Positions 23,460-34,361 are shown, numbered from the stretch's first letter. The stretch: 64,000 nt of DNA from Candidatus Parcubacteria bacterium (GCA_043760135.1 JAYUPL010000007.1:106-64105); one strand, 5' to 3'. Notes: generated from the sequence alone by a model not told the origin. Program-made: numbers and translations.

Positions 23460-24497
23460 TTAACCTATAGTCTCAACCTCCCATCCAACAGGTTTAGTTT
23501 TAAGATAATTCTCAAGCTTTTCTCTACTTAACAATCCCTCCTGCGCTCCAACGTATTGACATACTGACATCGAGTTTATCGACCCCCACATCAATGCTGT
23601 TCTATTGTCTAACCCAAGATATTTTGCAGCAGAAAACGTGGAAGCAAAAGCATCTCCTGCGCCAGTCCTATCAACAGGAGTTGCTATATCAGGATATATA
23701 TCTATATGTATAATCCTATCACCTTCATCATATGTATATGATCCATGAGGACCATCTGTGATAACTGGCAAACGTACTCCCAATTTTTTCAGACCATCAA
23801 GCAGATATTGTATGTCCATGTGTCCTTCTCCAGCATTTAGTATTTTTATTGCTTCCTCTTTATTACAGAAAAATATCTCTGTTCTTTTGTACAAATCAGC
23901 AAGAGCGATAGCACCGAACTTTATTTGAAAAGTTCCTGGTTGAAATACAAGTTTTATATCAGGATTTCGCTTTAAGTATAAACTAAGCTGATGATGAAAT
24001 TCTAAAGTGTTCTCACCAAGAGAAGAAAGATAGATATATGCAGGTTTTATCTTTCCTGATATTAATTGCTCTGGTATTTTATAGTCATATTTTTCATGAT
24101 TTATAAGAATAGTTCTTTCATCACCATGCCAAAGCACATAATGATAATTTGTTTTTTTACCAGCATCTGTTGACACTAGGGAAGTGTTCACATCGTCTAC
24201 TCTCAAAACTTCTTTGTTCTTATGTCCATAATAATCATCGCCTGTATGGGTCAAAAGTCCAGAGTTTATATGTAGTCTTGAAACTGCCACAGATGCATTG
24301 GCTGAGTTTCCAACACCTAGAAGCTCAGTTACTGACTCAAAAGGAACTTTTTCCCCGAAAGGTACACATATCTTCTTACTGTTACCGGTTTCTATCACTT
24401 CTCCGACATCGAGTCGTATAAACGCATCAACGACGATATCGCCTATAGACAGGAAGTCAATTTTGTTATTTTTTTGGAAAATGTCTCGTATATTCAT
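23460..24497 (-). CDS. PfkB-family carbohydrate kinase
   Basis: DRTGAGDAF signature. Confidence 0.92.
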   Translation of the reverse strand: MNIRDIFQKNNKIDFLSIGDIVVDAFIRLDVGEVIETGNSKKICVPFGEKVPFESVTELLGVGNSANASVAVSRLHINSGLLTHTGDDYYGHKNKEVLRVDDVNTSLVSTDAGKKTNYHYVLWHGDERTILINHEKYDYKIPEQLISGKIKPAYIYLSSLGENTLEFHHQLSLYLKRNPDIKLVFQPGTFQIKFGAIALADLYKRTEIFFCNKEEAIKILNAGEGHMDIQYLLDGLKKLGVRLPVITDGPHGSYTYDEGDRIIHIDIYPDIATPVDRTGAGDAFASTFSAAKYLGLDNRTALMWGSINSMSVCQYVGAQEGLLSREKLENYLKTKPVGWEVETIG

Positions 24498-24559
24498 GTA
24501 TATGATAATACCATAGATGTATTGATAAGTGCCAAAAATAGTGTATACTACAAAACACT

Positions 24560-25195
24560 ATGACTTATACACTTAACGTTCAAGAAATCGATAAAAATAA
24601 TACTACTGCTATAGATATGGCAAACAGTATAAAGGCTGTAGTTTATGGTCCTGCATATCCATCTACACCTATTGTTATCAATCAAAAAGATTTTACAAAG
24701 CTATATAAACAAGCTGGAGAATCATCTATTGTAACTCTTACAGGTCTTAAAGCCAATCAAGATGTTTTGATACATGATATTCAGATAAATGTAAGAAACG
24801 GTGAAATCATCCATGCTGATTTCTATGCTGTTAAAAAAGGTCAAAAGATCACAGTTAATGTACCACTGGTATTTGTTGGTGTGGCCGATGCTGTAAAAAC
24901 TCATGGAGCTGATCTTATTAAAAATATGTTCGAAGTTGAGATCGAGGCTGAGGCAAAAGATCTTCCACATGAGATAGAGATAGATATAACAGTTCTTAAA
25001 GAAGTCGATGATCATATCAGTATATCTGATATCAAAGCTCCATCAGGGGTTAAGATCTTGAACAATGAAGATGATGTTATTATCACAGCATCAAAGCATG
25101 AAGAGGAAAAAGAAGAAGAATCAACAGAGATAGATATGTCAGCGATCGGAGTATCTGATGCAAAAGGTAAGAAAGAAGAAGAGGATCCTCAATAA
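24560..25195 (+). CDS. rplY: 50S ribosomal protein L25 (Ctc type)
   Basis: AVVYG, HADFY, VPLVFVG, LPHEIEIDI. Confidence 0.93.
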   Translation: MTYTLNVQEIDKNNTTAIDMANSIKAVVYGPAYPSTPIVINQKDFTKLYKQAGESSIVTLTGLKANQDVLIHDIQINVRNGEIIHADFYAVKKGQKITVNVPLVFVGVADAVKTHGADLIKNMFEVEIEAEAKDLPHEIEIDITVLKEVDDHISISDIKAPSGVKILNNEDDVIITASKHEEEKEEESTEIDMSAIGVSDAKGKKEEEDPQ

Positions 25196-25314
25196 AAAAG
25201 AAAGTTCTAAGAAAAAACAAGGTAAACAAAAAAGTTTCCTTGTTTTTTTATTCTCACTTTAGTAGCTCGTCTAGCGATTTTTTTATGAAGGTTTCCATGA
25301 TATAATATAGTGAT

Positions 25315-26670
25315 ATGAATTTTAGACTTAGACACAGACTTGCGATTTTTAGTATTGCTACAATTTTAATAACTTACCTGTCAATGTCTGTTGTTTTTGC
25401 AGCAGAACTTGATTGTAATCTCCCTGAAAATAGAGAGACTTGTTTGGCTGAGTTAGCTAAAACCGAAAATGAGATATCTGACTTAAATAAACAGCTTTCC
25501 GGACTTAAAAATGAAGGAGCCTCTATCGCTCGTGACAAAAAGATCCTTGAAAACCAAGCTAAACAGGCCAAACTGAAGATAAAAACTCATGAACTTTCTA
25601 TAGCTAAACTCGGGAAAGATATTAAAACAAAAGAATCTACAATCACTGGCTTACAAGAGAGAATTAATAAAAACAAAATTGGTTTAAATGAGGTTATTCA
25701 AAATGCCTACGAAGTTGATAATATATCAGCAGTTGAAATATTTTTATCAAATCAAAATATATCTGATTTTTTTCGTGATCTTGATGCCTATGTTTTTATA
25801 AACACTAAGATTAGAGAATCTATAGGAATTATTAGTAAAGACAAGTCAGAAGAAGAGGTTGAAAAAAAACAACTCGACGTAACACGATCTAAAGAATACG
25901 ATTCTAAGTATGCTGTTGAGGCTGAAAAAATGAAGATTGAGAAAATAGATGCTGAAAAAGCCCGTCTTTTGAGTTTGAACAAGAAAGAGCAAACTTCTTA
26001 CGGTACCATCATCGTTGATAAACAAAAGAAAGCTACTCAGATTCGAAATGCACTTTTCGCACTACGTGACTCTGCTTCAATCAAGTTCGAAGATGCGGTA
26101 GCTTTTGCAAAATCAGCAAGTAAAAACACAGGAGTGAGAGCATCATTTATTTTGGCGATACTGCAACAAGAATCTAACTTAGGGAAAAACGTTGGCTCAT
26201 GTTATATGACAAATGTCGATACCGGAGCTGGGGTTAAAATATCATCTGGAAATGCAGTAAATAATGTTATGAAGCCATCACGTGATGTTCAACCGTTTTT
26301 GAATATTACAAAATCTTTGGGTAAAGATTGGGCGACTACTCGAGTGTCATGTCCGTTTACAACAGGGTATGGAGGAGCCATGGGTCCTGCTCAGTTTATA
26401 CCATCTACTTGGCAGTTGTTTGCAGCTCGTATTTCTAAGACTAAAGGAGGTGCTGTTGCCAACCCTTGGGCTGCTGCTGATGCTTTTATGGCCTCGTCTA
26501 TGTACTTATCTGATCTCGGTGCATCCTCTGGATCAGCTTCAGCTGAGCGAAATGCAGCTTGTCGTTACTATTCAGGACGTGCTTGTGGATCTGCTGACAA
26601 CACTTTCTACGGGGATCAGGTTATGAAGAGGGCTGTAAAATTGCAGGCAGATATTGATTTAATCCAGTAA
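25315..26670 (+). CDS. coiled-coil plus lytic murein transglycosylase
   Basis: signal peptide, long coiled coil, AILQQESNLG, GAMGPAQFIPSTW. Confidence 0.88.
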   Translation: MNFRLRHRLAIFSIATILITYLSMSVVFAAELDCNLPENRETCLAELAKTENEISDLNKQLSGLKNEGASIARDKKILENQAKQAKLKIKTHELSIAKLGKDIKTKESTITGLQERINKNKIGLNEVIQNAYEVDNISAVEIFLSNQNISDFFRDLDAYVFINTKIRESIGIISKDKSEEEVEKKQLDVTRSKEYDSKYAVEAEKMKIEKIDAEKARLLSLNKKEQTSYGTIIVDKQKKATQIRNALFALRDSASIKFEDAVAFAKSASKNTGVRASFILAILQQESNLGKNVGSCYMTNVDTGAGVKISSGNAVNNVMKPSRDVQPFLNITKSLGKDWATTRVSCPFTTGYGGAMGPAQFIPSTWQLFAARISKTKGGAVANPWAAADAFMASSMYLSDLGASSGSASAERNAACRYYSGRACGSADNTFYGDQVMKRAVKLQADIDLIQ

Positions 26671-26691
26671 TAGTGTATAATCGTTACTATT

Positions 26692-26916
26692 ATGAAGAAA
26701 AATATACATCCATCATATTTTGGAGATGCTGAGTTTGTTTGTGCTTGTGGAGCAAAATACACTATGGGATCAACAAAAGAGAAAAATACAACTGAAATGT
26801 GTTCAGCATGTCATCCGTATTACACTGGTAATGAAAGAACAGTTGACACTGCTGGTCGTGTTGAGAAGTTCAAAGCTCGCCAATCAGCTGCTGTTAAAAA
26901 AGTTTCTAATAAATAA
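26692..26916 (+). CDS. rpmE: 50S ribosomal protein L31
   Basis: MKKNIHP, CACG, CSACHPYYTG, GRVEKF. Confidence 0.97.
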   Translation: MKKNIHPSYFGDAEFVCACGAKYTMGSTKEKNTTEMCSACHPYYTGNERTVDTAGRVEKFKARQSAAVKKVSNK

Positions 26917-27056
26917 CTTTAGAGTAAAAAAGTCTGTTATACTACACGTATAGGGCTTTTTTTATTGCGACGTAGAGTGAGAGAACTAAACCTGATAACA
27001 GGTTTAGTTCCGAACCGAGGAGTCAATTACCTATTTTATATAAATAATACAAATAT

Positions 27057-28049
27057 ATGGAAGATTTAAATTTAGAAGAATTAAGAAAAGATTTCAAAAC
27101 TAGTTTTTTTGCTGGTGAGATTGATCGTTTGAATAAAGAAAAAGATTCTTTGACTGAGATGATGGTTGATCCTGAAATGAAGGAAATGGCAGAAGCAGAT
27201 ATGGTTGCTATTGATGAGCAAATACAATTCATGGTTGATAAGATAAAAGATATTATCAAAGAAGAAGAGGTTGCTGATCTATATCCAAACGAACTTGTGC
27301 TTGAAATCAGAGCTGGTGCCGGAGGAGATGAGGCTGCACTTTTTGCTGCCAATCTTTCTAATATGTATAAAGTTTTTTGTGCAGAAAGAGGTTTTAGAGT
27401 TGATACACTTGATGTTTCAGAAAACGGTATTGGAGGATATAAAGAAGCGGTATATGAGATCCGTGGCTTTGAAGTGTATCGATATTTTAAATATGAGATC
27501 GGAACTCATCGTATTCAGCGTATTCCAGAAACTGAAAAATCAGGTAGAGTGCACACCTCAACCGCGACAGTTGCAGTATTACCGATACGAAAGAAAGTTA
27601 AATTTCAAATAGATCCAGCTGATCTAGAAATGGAATTCTCAAGAGCTGGAGGTAAGGGGGGGCAAAACGTAAACAAGGTGGAAACAGCAGTGCGTTTGAT
27701 TCATATACCAACAGGACTGGATGTTCGTTGTACTTCTGAGCGAAGTCAGTTAAAAAACCGCGAGAAAGCGTTGTCTGTACTACAGGCCAAAGTAGGTGAA
27801 TTGTATGAAAGAGAGGCATCTAAAAAATTCTCAGGAGAAAAGAAATTGCAGTTAGGAACGGGAGATAGATCTGAGAAAATACGAACATACAATGTTTTAC
27901 AAGATCGTATCACTGATCATAGACTGAAGGAATCATGGCATGGTATATCGTTGATGTTAGGGCAAGGTCAAATAGGTAAAATGATTGATATGATTGTAGG
28001 GTATTTTGAAAATGGCGGTGAGGTGAGTCTGGAGGATGATGGGGAATAG
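27057..28049 (+). CDS. prfA: peptide chain release factor 1
   Basis: PET motif, GGQ, RSEKIRTYN. Confidence 0.92.
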   Translation: MEDLNLEELRKDFKTSFFAGEIDRLNKEKDSLTEMMVDPEMKEMAEADMVAIDEQIQFMVDKIKDIIKEEEVADLYPNELVLEIRAGAGGDEAALFAANLSNMYKVFCAERGFRVDTLDVSENGIGGYKEAVYEIRGFEVYRYFKYEIGTHRIQRIPETEKSGRVHTSTATVAVLPIRKKVKFQIDPADLEMEFSRAGGKGGQNVNKVETAVRLIHIPTGLDVRCTSERSQLKNREKALSVLQAKVGELYEREASKKFSGEKKLQLGTGDRSEKIRTYNVLQDRITDHRLKESWHGISLMLGQGQIGKMIDMIVGYFENGGEVSLEDDGE

Positions 28050-28150
28050 TTTGTATTCATTTATTACAAAACTTATACATAAAAGTATAGGTTTGTTGTT
28101 GTATTTATTTGATTTTTAATGGTAAAATAAAATGAGAATTAATTACAAAA

Positions 28151-30676
28151 ATGAAAATATTTAATAATCTTAAGTGTATAGTGTTGGTATTTTTGATTAT
28201 GTTTTCTCATGTAGTTTTCGCCGCCAACCCACCTTATCCTTTTCTACCATCAGACAATGTACAAGATCCAAACTGTACACCGCTGGACTCTAACTGTTAT
28301 GTTCTTTTAACATCTTTTCAGAATGAAACAGTGACAGGACTCGACTATGCAACTTCGACTGGAATACTTTCTTTAACTTCAGGCTACAATATACCACTTA
28401 CTGCGTCGACTACTGCGTGGAATAGTGCTATCGGAGCACTAGGAGGAAGTGCACTTTTGCAAAATGGTAATTCATTTGGTACAACGCTCACACTTGGAAC
28501 AAATGACAATCAAGCTTTGAGTTTTGAGACAAATGGTATTAACAGACTCACTATCGACACATCAGGAAATATCACTGCTACAGGAACCATCACAGCGAGT
28601 TCATTTTTTGGTAATGGCTCAAACTTGACTGGTATATTTTCAACATCAACGACAAGAGGTGTTTTCTCGGCGTCTGGTCCTATTTCGTATTCAACTTCGA
28701 CTGGAAATTTTTTAATAACTCAAGCTTCGTCAACTTCAAGTGGATATCTTTCTTCAGCTGACTTTACAACTTTCCAAGCCAAAGAAGACGTCATCACTGC
28801 GTCCACCACGGCAACATACTTCCGAGGTGACAAAACCTTCAGTACTCTCGACACCTCGGCTGTTCCTGAGAATGGAAATCTCTACTTCACAAATGCTCGT
28901 GTGAATTCAATCTTGTCAGCAACAACTTCACTTCCAAACATCACCACACTCTCAGGACTCATTTCTGCAACAAACCTAGGTTCATTGGGTACGACTACAA
29001 TCGGAGTGTGGAATGCCACTCCGATTGGAGACTCATACATCACAAAGACTGGAAACTGGACAGGAATATTCGATGGACAAGAAGGAACATATTATTTGGA
29101 CAGAGCAAATCACACAGGCACACAGTTGGCTTCAACTATTTTGGATTTCGGAACTACTACAAGAAACTTACTTTCATCCACTGCAACAGGACTAACATAT
29201 TCGACCTCAACTGGAATATTTTCTTTAACTTCAGGTTACAATATACCTTTGACCGCCTCAACTACTGCATGGAATGCAAAAGTCTCAAGTCAATGGGTGA
29301 CGAGTGGTGTAAATATATATTATACAGGTGTGGCTGTTGGTATTGGGACAACAACACCAAGCAATAAATTTGTTGTAGTAGGAACGTCAACAGTTATTGG
29401 AAATTTTAACCTCAATGGTTATGTGTTGCAGGGTTCGTCAAATGGTTCACTGTTTGGGAATACAGTTAGTAATGGTATTTATGATTCCAACTTCCTTGGT
29501 GCCTATGCGGGAAATGGTGCTACAAGTACCAGTTACTCCAACTTCCTTGGTGCCTCTGCGGGACATAGTGCTACAAATGCCAGCTACTCCAACTTCCTTG
29601 GTTACTATGCGGGATATAGTGCTACAAATGCCAACCAATCCAACTTTCTTGGTTACGGTACGGGATATAGTGCTACAAATGCCAACAACTCCAACTTCCT
29701 TGGTTACTATGCGGGATATAGTGCTACAAATGCAGCTTCCTCCATATTCTTTGGGAAGAATTCTGGTTATTCTGACACTGTGAATAACACTTCTGGAAAC
29801 AAATACTCAATACTTATAGGAAACTACACCTCAACTGGTGGTTTTTCCAACTCGATATCAATAGGACAAGGTGTGGCCAACTCAGAAATTGATCAACTAA
29901 ACATTGGTCGTATTATCTATGCTACCAAAATAGGCTCATCAACCTCATCTATCTCTTCACCTTATGCCTCAGCTTCTGTCGGTATAGGAACATCTACTCC
30001 AGCCGATAAGCTTCAAGTCTATGGTGACATACGTGTAGGAACCACAGGAACAAACGGTTGTATCAAAGATTTTGGAGGAACAGGTATCACAGGAGTATGT
30101 TCATCAGATGAAAGATTGAAAACAAATGTTGTAGATTTATCAGATAATTATCTTGATAAAATGGCTAAACTTAGAGTAATATCATATAACTGGAATGATA
30201 CTGCTAAAGATTTAAACAAAGTCAATACGACTGCTACAAACTACGGACTATTGGCGCAAAATGTAGAAGAAAATTTTCCAGAATTAGTCACAATAGATTC
30301 CAATGGATATAAGCAAGTTAATTATTCACGATTACCATTATATTTAATAAAATCAATACAAGAATTGTCAAAAAAGTTTTTGTCATTTGCTGATTCTGTT
30401 ACAACTAAAGAATTAAAAACCAATAAGCTATGTGTTGATGATATTTGTGTTACAAAAGATCAGTTTAAGATGATGTTACAAAACAGTAATGTATCTCCAG
30501 TTATATATCAACAATCAGTCTCAATTCCTGCCCCAGTCCAAAATCCAGAACCTGTTGTTGAGCAAGCAATAACAACTGAAGTTGTGGCCGAAATTGCTGT
30601 ACCGATACCTGTGGTTGAGACTGCTCCTGAACCTATTGTTGTACCAGTTGTGACAGAAAATCAGTTAGTACAATAG
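28151..30676 (+). CDS. secreted fibre/adhesin with C-terminal intramolecular chaperone (peptidase S74-like)
   Basis: signal peptide, GIGTxTP repeats, SDERLKTNV...GLLAQNVEENFPELV. Confidence 0.8.
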   Translation: MKIFNNLKCIVLVFLIMFSHVVFAANPPYPFLPSDNVQDPNCTPLDSNCYVLLTSFQNETVTGLDYATSTGILSLTSGYNIPLTASTTAWNSAIGALGGSALLQNGNSFGTTLTLGTNDNQALSFETNGINRLTIDTSGNITATGTITASSFFGNGSNLTGIFSTSTTRGVFSASGPISYSTSTGNFLITQASSTSSGYLSSADFTTFQAKEDVITASTTATYFRGDKTFSTLDTSAVPENGNLYFTNARVNSILSATTSLPNITTLSGLISATNLGSLGTTTIGVWNATPIGDSYITKTGNWTGIFDGQEGTYYLDRANHTGTQLASTILDFGTTTRNLLSSTATGLTYSTSTGIFSLTSGYNIPLTASTTAWNAKVSSQWVTSGVNIYYTGVAVGIGTTTPSNKFVVVGTSTVIGNFNLNGYVLQGSSNGSLFGNTVSNGIYDSNFLGAYAGNGATSTSYSNFLGASAGHSATNASYSNFLGYYAGYSATNANQSNFLGYGTGYSATNANNSNFLGYYAGYSATNAASSIFFGKNSGYSDTVNNTSGNKYSILIGNYTSTGGFSNSISIGQGVANSEIDQLNIGRIIYATKIGSSTSSISSPYASASVGIGTSTPADKLQVYGDIRVGTTGTNGCIKDFGGTGITGVCSSDERLKTNVVDLSDNYLDKMAKLRVISYNWNDTAKDLNKVNTTATNYGLLAQNVEENFPELVTIDSNGYKQVNYSRLPLYLIKSIQELSKKFLSFADSVTTKELKTNKLCVDDICVTKDQFKMMLQNSNVSPVIYQQSVSIPAPVQNPEPVVEQAITTEVVAEIAVPIPVVETAPEPIVVPVVTENQLVQ
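29486..29740 (+). repeat. five tandem 51-nt coding repeats (SNFLGxxAGYSATNAxx)
   Basis: visible at DNA and protein level. Confidence 0.9.
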
Positions 30677-30742
30677 TTCACTGCGTGATAGAAGTTTTTT
30701 CTATTGCCATTTTACCTGAAAAATGATATACATATACACTAT

Positions 30743-31408
30743 ATGACATCACAAAACGACACGATAAAAGACATGTTTGAAGCAGGGGTTCACTATGGAA
30801 CTCTGCGCGCATCTCGAAATCCATCTGTTAAAAAATACGTTTATGGAACAAAAGGAACCGTTGATATTATTAATGTTGAAATTACAGCTGATCAAATCGA
30901 AAAAGCTCGCATCTTCATTGCTGATCTTAAGGCAAACGGTAAAGTTATTCTTTTTGCCACAAGTAAAAGTGAAGTAGTTGATCTTGTAAAAGATTCTGCT
31001 ATCAGATTCAACTCACCATTCATCGCAGGACGATGGGTTGGAGGACTATTCACAAACTTTGAAATCATCAGAAAAAGAATCAATCGTATGATTGATCTTG
31101 TTTCAATGAAAGAAAAAGGTGAATTAAAAAAATATACTAAAAAAGAGCAATCATTGATGGATAAAGAAGTTGAAAGACTTGAAAAACTATTCTCAGGTGT
31201 AAAAGAGTTAACTTCACTACCAGCAGCATTACTTGTTGTTGATCCTAAGAAAGAATTTATCGCCGTAGAAGAAGCTCGTATGCTTGGTATACCTGTTATT
31301 GCTATTGCCAACACAGATTGTAAAGTTTCAACTATCGATTTCCCAATCGTTGCAAATGACTCATCAAGATCTTCAGTTGATTACATCTTGCATCAATTGT
31401 TAGGCTAA
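30743..31408 (+). CDS. rpsB: 30S ribosomal protein S2
   Basis: AGVHYG, RWVGGLFTN, IVANDSS. Confidence 0.96.
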   Translation: MTSQNDTIKDMFEAGVHYGTLRASRNPSVKKYVYGTKGTVDIINVEITADQIEKARIFIADLKANGKVILFATSKSEVVDLVKDSAIRFNSPFIAGRWVGGLFTNFEIIRKRINRMIDLVSMKEKGELKKYTKKEQSLMDKEVERLEKLFSGVKELTSLPAALLVVDPKKEFIAVEEARMLGIPVIAIANTDCKVSTIDFPIVANDSSRSSVDYILHQLLG

Positions 31409-31470
31409 TTCGGTTTTTCGGATTATAATAGTTAGATATTTATATAAAATAATTTCAAAATAAAAACACT

Positions 31471-32058
31471 ATGAACATTACATCAGATCAGATCAAAGCG
31501 CTTAGAGAAAAAACTGGTATTTCAGTTATGCAATGTAAAAAAGCATTGGAAGAGGCAGAAGGTGATGAGGCTAAGGCTATCATCATCCTAAAGAAAAAAG
31601 GTGCTGAACAAGCAGCTAAAAAAGCAGATCGTGAATTTGGTGCTGGAATTGTAGAAGCCTACATCCACTCAAACGGCTTAGTTGGATCTATTATAGAGTT
31701 GGCATCAGAAACAGATTTTGTGTCAAACAATGCAGAATTCAAAACATTGGCCAAAGATATCGCGATGCAAGTTACTGCAACTGCACCTGAGTTTTTAAGA
31801 CAAACTGATATAGACGAGACTACGGCCCAAAAAGCTAAAGAATTGTTTACAAAAGAGATTGTCGATAAACCAGCTGAAATGCAAGAGAAGATCCTACAAG
31901 GAAAGATGGATTCATACTTCAAAGATCAAGTATTGTTAAATCAAGATTTTATCAAGAATCCTGAGATGACAATTCAAATGATGCTTGATAATGCTATGCA
32001 AAAGTTTGGTGAGCGTATTGAGATAACTCGCTTCAAAAGATTTGAAATTGGAAAGTAA
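31471..32058 (+). CDS. tsf: elongation factor Ts (short form)
   Basis: LREKTG..CKKAL, SETDFV. Confidence 0.96.
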   Translation: MNITSDQIKALREKTGISVMQCKKALEEAEGDEAKAIIILKKKGAEQAAKKADREFGAGIVEAYIHSNGLVGSIIELASETDFVSNNAEFKTLAKDIAMQVTATAPEFLRQTDIDETTAQKAKELFTKEIVDKPAEMQEKILQGKMDSYFKDQVLLNQDFIKNPEMTIQMMLDNAMQKFGERIEITRFKRFEIGK

Positions 32059-32105
32059 TTAGTGTATACTGGGTTTGTCAAAAGGTTATCTTACCCTGAA
32101 GACAA

Positions 32106-32192
32106 GGCGTTTGTTCCCCTAGCGATGCACGTATCCTTCCATGGTGGAAGGATCTACGGAAGCGTCAACATCGACAGGGAACTACGCCTCCA
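32106..32192 (+). ncRNA. candidate 87-nt hairpin RNA ending in UCCA, upstream of tRNA-Thr
   Basis: GGCGT/ACGCC, GTTCCC/GGGAAC, CGATG/CATCG and ATCCTTCC/GGAAGGAT stems. Confidence 0.5.
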
Positions 32193-32197
32193 CTTTT

Positions 32198-32270
32198 GCC
32201 GTTTTAGCTCAGTTGGTAGAGCAACTGTTTTGTAAACAGTAGGTCCCCAGTTCGAATCTGGGAAGCGGCT
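32198..32270 (+). tRNA. tRNA-Thr(TGT)
   Basis: cloverleaf, anticodon TGT. Confidence 0.95.
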
Positions 32271-32275
32271 CCGAT

Positions 32276-32839
32276 ATGTTTGAACCTTATTCATCAACAA
32301 GAAAATCAACGACAGCTTCAAATAATTTTGAGGCCAATACCGTTGAGAAGATGAGAATGGAAAATTTGAAGAAAGAAAAAGAACGAAGAGAGAAGGAAAG
32401 ATATAAGATGGAATACGATGCAAAGAAAAGAGAATTTGACCGGCACAGTGCTGACAAAGCTCGTTTTGAGTTGGAAAAAAGAAGATTGGAAATAGAGCTT
32501 AAAAAATATGAGACTGACACACTATCGACTTTACGAGATGAAAAGAAATACGATATTGAAAAAATGCATCTGACTGACGAAGAAAGTGTAATCAATAAAA
32601 AAATTCAAACTATGGAGGTTGAATTACAACAATTAAAAAACAAAGCTCAAAAGTTGAAGGTGGATAAAGAATCATCAACCAGAAAAGATAGAGAATTATT
32701 GTCTGACATTACTAAGAAGAATGCCTATATTCAATCAATCAATTTGAAATTAGCAGCAGCAGAAAGAAATTTGGCTGAAGCAAATAGACAGGTAACACAT
32801 TTAAATACAGATTTAATAAATTTAAAGAAATATGCGTAA
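32276..32839 (+). CDS. coiled-coil hypothetical protein
   Basis: K/E-rich heptads; overlaps gpmI start. Confidence 0.7.
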   Translation: MFEPYSSTRKSTTASNNFEANTVEKMRMENLKKEKERREKERYKMEYDAKKREFDRHSADKARFELEKRRLEIELKKYETDTLSTLRDEKKYDIEKMHLTDEESVINKKIQTMEVELQQLKNKAQKLKVDKESSTRKDRELLSDITKKNAYIQSINLKLAAAERNLAEANRQVTHLNTDLINLKKYA

Positions 32840-34361
32840 AGTAGCACTGATAATAATGGATGGTTGGGGAATGGGTGAAGAAAATGAAAAGAATGCGATT
32901 CATATGGCGAAGACTCCATTCTTTGACCACTGTCTAAAAACATACCCACATGCATTTTTAGAAGCCTCAGGATTGGCTGTAGGTCTACCTGAAGGTCAGA
33001 TGGGAAATAGTGAGATCGGGCACACAACTATTGGTGCCGGCTCTGCAATCGATACTGATCTTGTAATGATAGAGAAATCTATTAAAGATAATTCATTTTT
33101 TGAGAATGAGGCTTTTTTGCGTTTGATAAATCATGCAAAAACATACAACTCCAAGATCCACATGATTGGGTTATTGTCAGATGGCGGTGTTCATAGTCAT
33201 AACACTCATATTTATGCATTTTTAAAATTGGCGAAACATCAAGGATTAGATAAAAACCAAGTTGTACTGCATATATTTACAGATGGTCGCGATGTGTCTG
33301 GGGGAACAGCAGTAAAATATATTAAAGAATTGGAAAGTGAAATAGTTAAAATAGATATGGGGGTGATAGGCTCATTTGGAGGGAGATATTATGGAATGGA
33401 TAGAGCTGGTAATCATGAACGAATAGAACACGTTACAAATATCCTTTTTAAGGCAGAAGGAAATGTATTAAATTTGCACGAGACGTCTATTGCTGATTTT
33501 ATAGAAAATGAATATGTACAAAAAGATCCAACTGGAAAGATTGATGAATATTTTGAACACTATTTATGTATACATGATCATGAAAATCCACGTAAATATA
33601 TTATAGATAAAAATGATGGAATATTTTTCTTTAATTTTAGAGCCGATCGTGCGAAGCAATTAACCAAAGCGATCTTGGATAAACAAGAAGAATATAATCT
33701 ACACTTTGTTTCAATGGCTCAATATGGTGAGGATTTGAAAACTGATGCTGCATTTAAACCAGCATATATTGTGACAACATTAGGAAAAGAATTATCTTCA
33801 AGAAAAATCAAGCACGCTCATATCTCTGAATCTGAGAAATTTCCTCATGTAACTTTTTTTATGAATGGACAATCTGATATTGTGCAAGAGGGAGAAACGC
33901 AAAAGAAAATTGAAAGTCGAACTGATGTTAAAACACATGATGAAGCGCCAGAGATGAAATCTAAAGAAATAGTTGATGCGGCGATCGAAGCGTTTGCGGA
34001 TCATGATGTGGTGATTATTAATTTTCCCAATACCGATGTGGTTGGGCATACAGGGAATATAAAAGCGGTTATGGCAGCTGCAGAGACTGTGGACATGGAA
34101 ACTAAAAGATTAGCTGACTACGTTGCTCGTGTGGGTGGTGTATCTCTAATAACAGCAGATCATGGAAATGCTGAGGTGATGATTGATGGTGATGGTGCGA
34201 TGCATGTGGCTCATACGACAAACTTGGTACCATTTATTGTGACTGATACAAGTATAGAAATAAAAAGACCAGTGGGGACATTGGCTGATATTGCACCGAC
34301 GATATTGAAGTTGTGTGGAGTAGATAATGTAAAGGGGATGAAGGGGAAGAGTGTATTGTAA
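32832..34361 (+). CDS. gpmI: 2,3-BPG-independent phosphoglycerate mutase
   Basis: DGWG, GQMGNSEIGH, SDGGVHSH, TADHGNAE. Confidence 0.97.
   Translation: MRKVALIIMDGWGMGEENEKNAIHMAKTPFFDHCLKTYPHAFLEASGLAVGLPEGQMGNSEIGHTTIGAGSAIDTDLVMIEKSIKDNSFFENEAFLRLINHAKTYNSKIHMIGLLSDGGVHSHNTHIYAFLKLAKHQGLDKNQVVLHIFTDGRDVSGGTAVKYIKELESEIVKIDMGVIGSFGGRYYGMDRAGNHERIEHVTNILFKAEGNVLNLHETSIADFIENEYVQKDPTGKIDEYFEHYLCIHDHENPRKYIIDKNDGIFFFNFRADRAKQLTKAILDKQEEYNLHFVSMAQYGEDLKTDAAFKPAYIVTTLGKELSSRKIKHAHISESEKFPHVTFFMNGQSDIVQEGETQKKIESRTDVKTHDEAPEMKSKEIVDAAIEAFADHDVVIINFPNTDVVGHTGNIKAVMAAAETVDMETKRLADYVARVGGVSLITADHGNAEVMIDGDGAMHVAHTTNLVPFIVTDTSIEIKRPVGTLADIAPTILKLCGVDNVKGMKGKSVL

Noticed and set aside
25195-25235. 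Another roughly 11-bp phased CTT array (minus strand) after rplY
   Set aside because: Phase is imperfect, there is no -10 at the fixed distance and no ORF, and it overlaps a terminator.
32106-32192. 5S rRNA or tRNA identity
   Set aside because: Only slight likeness to 5S domain beta; no CCGAAC loop, no domain gamma, no T-loop.
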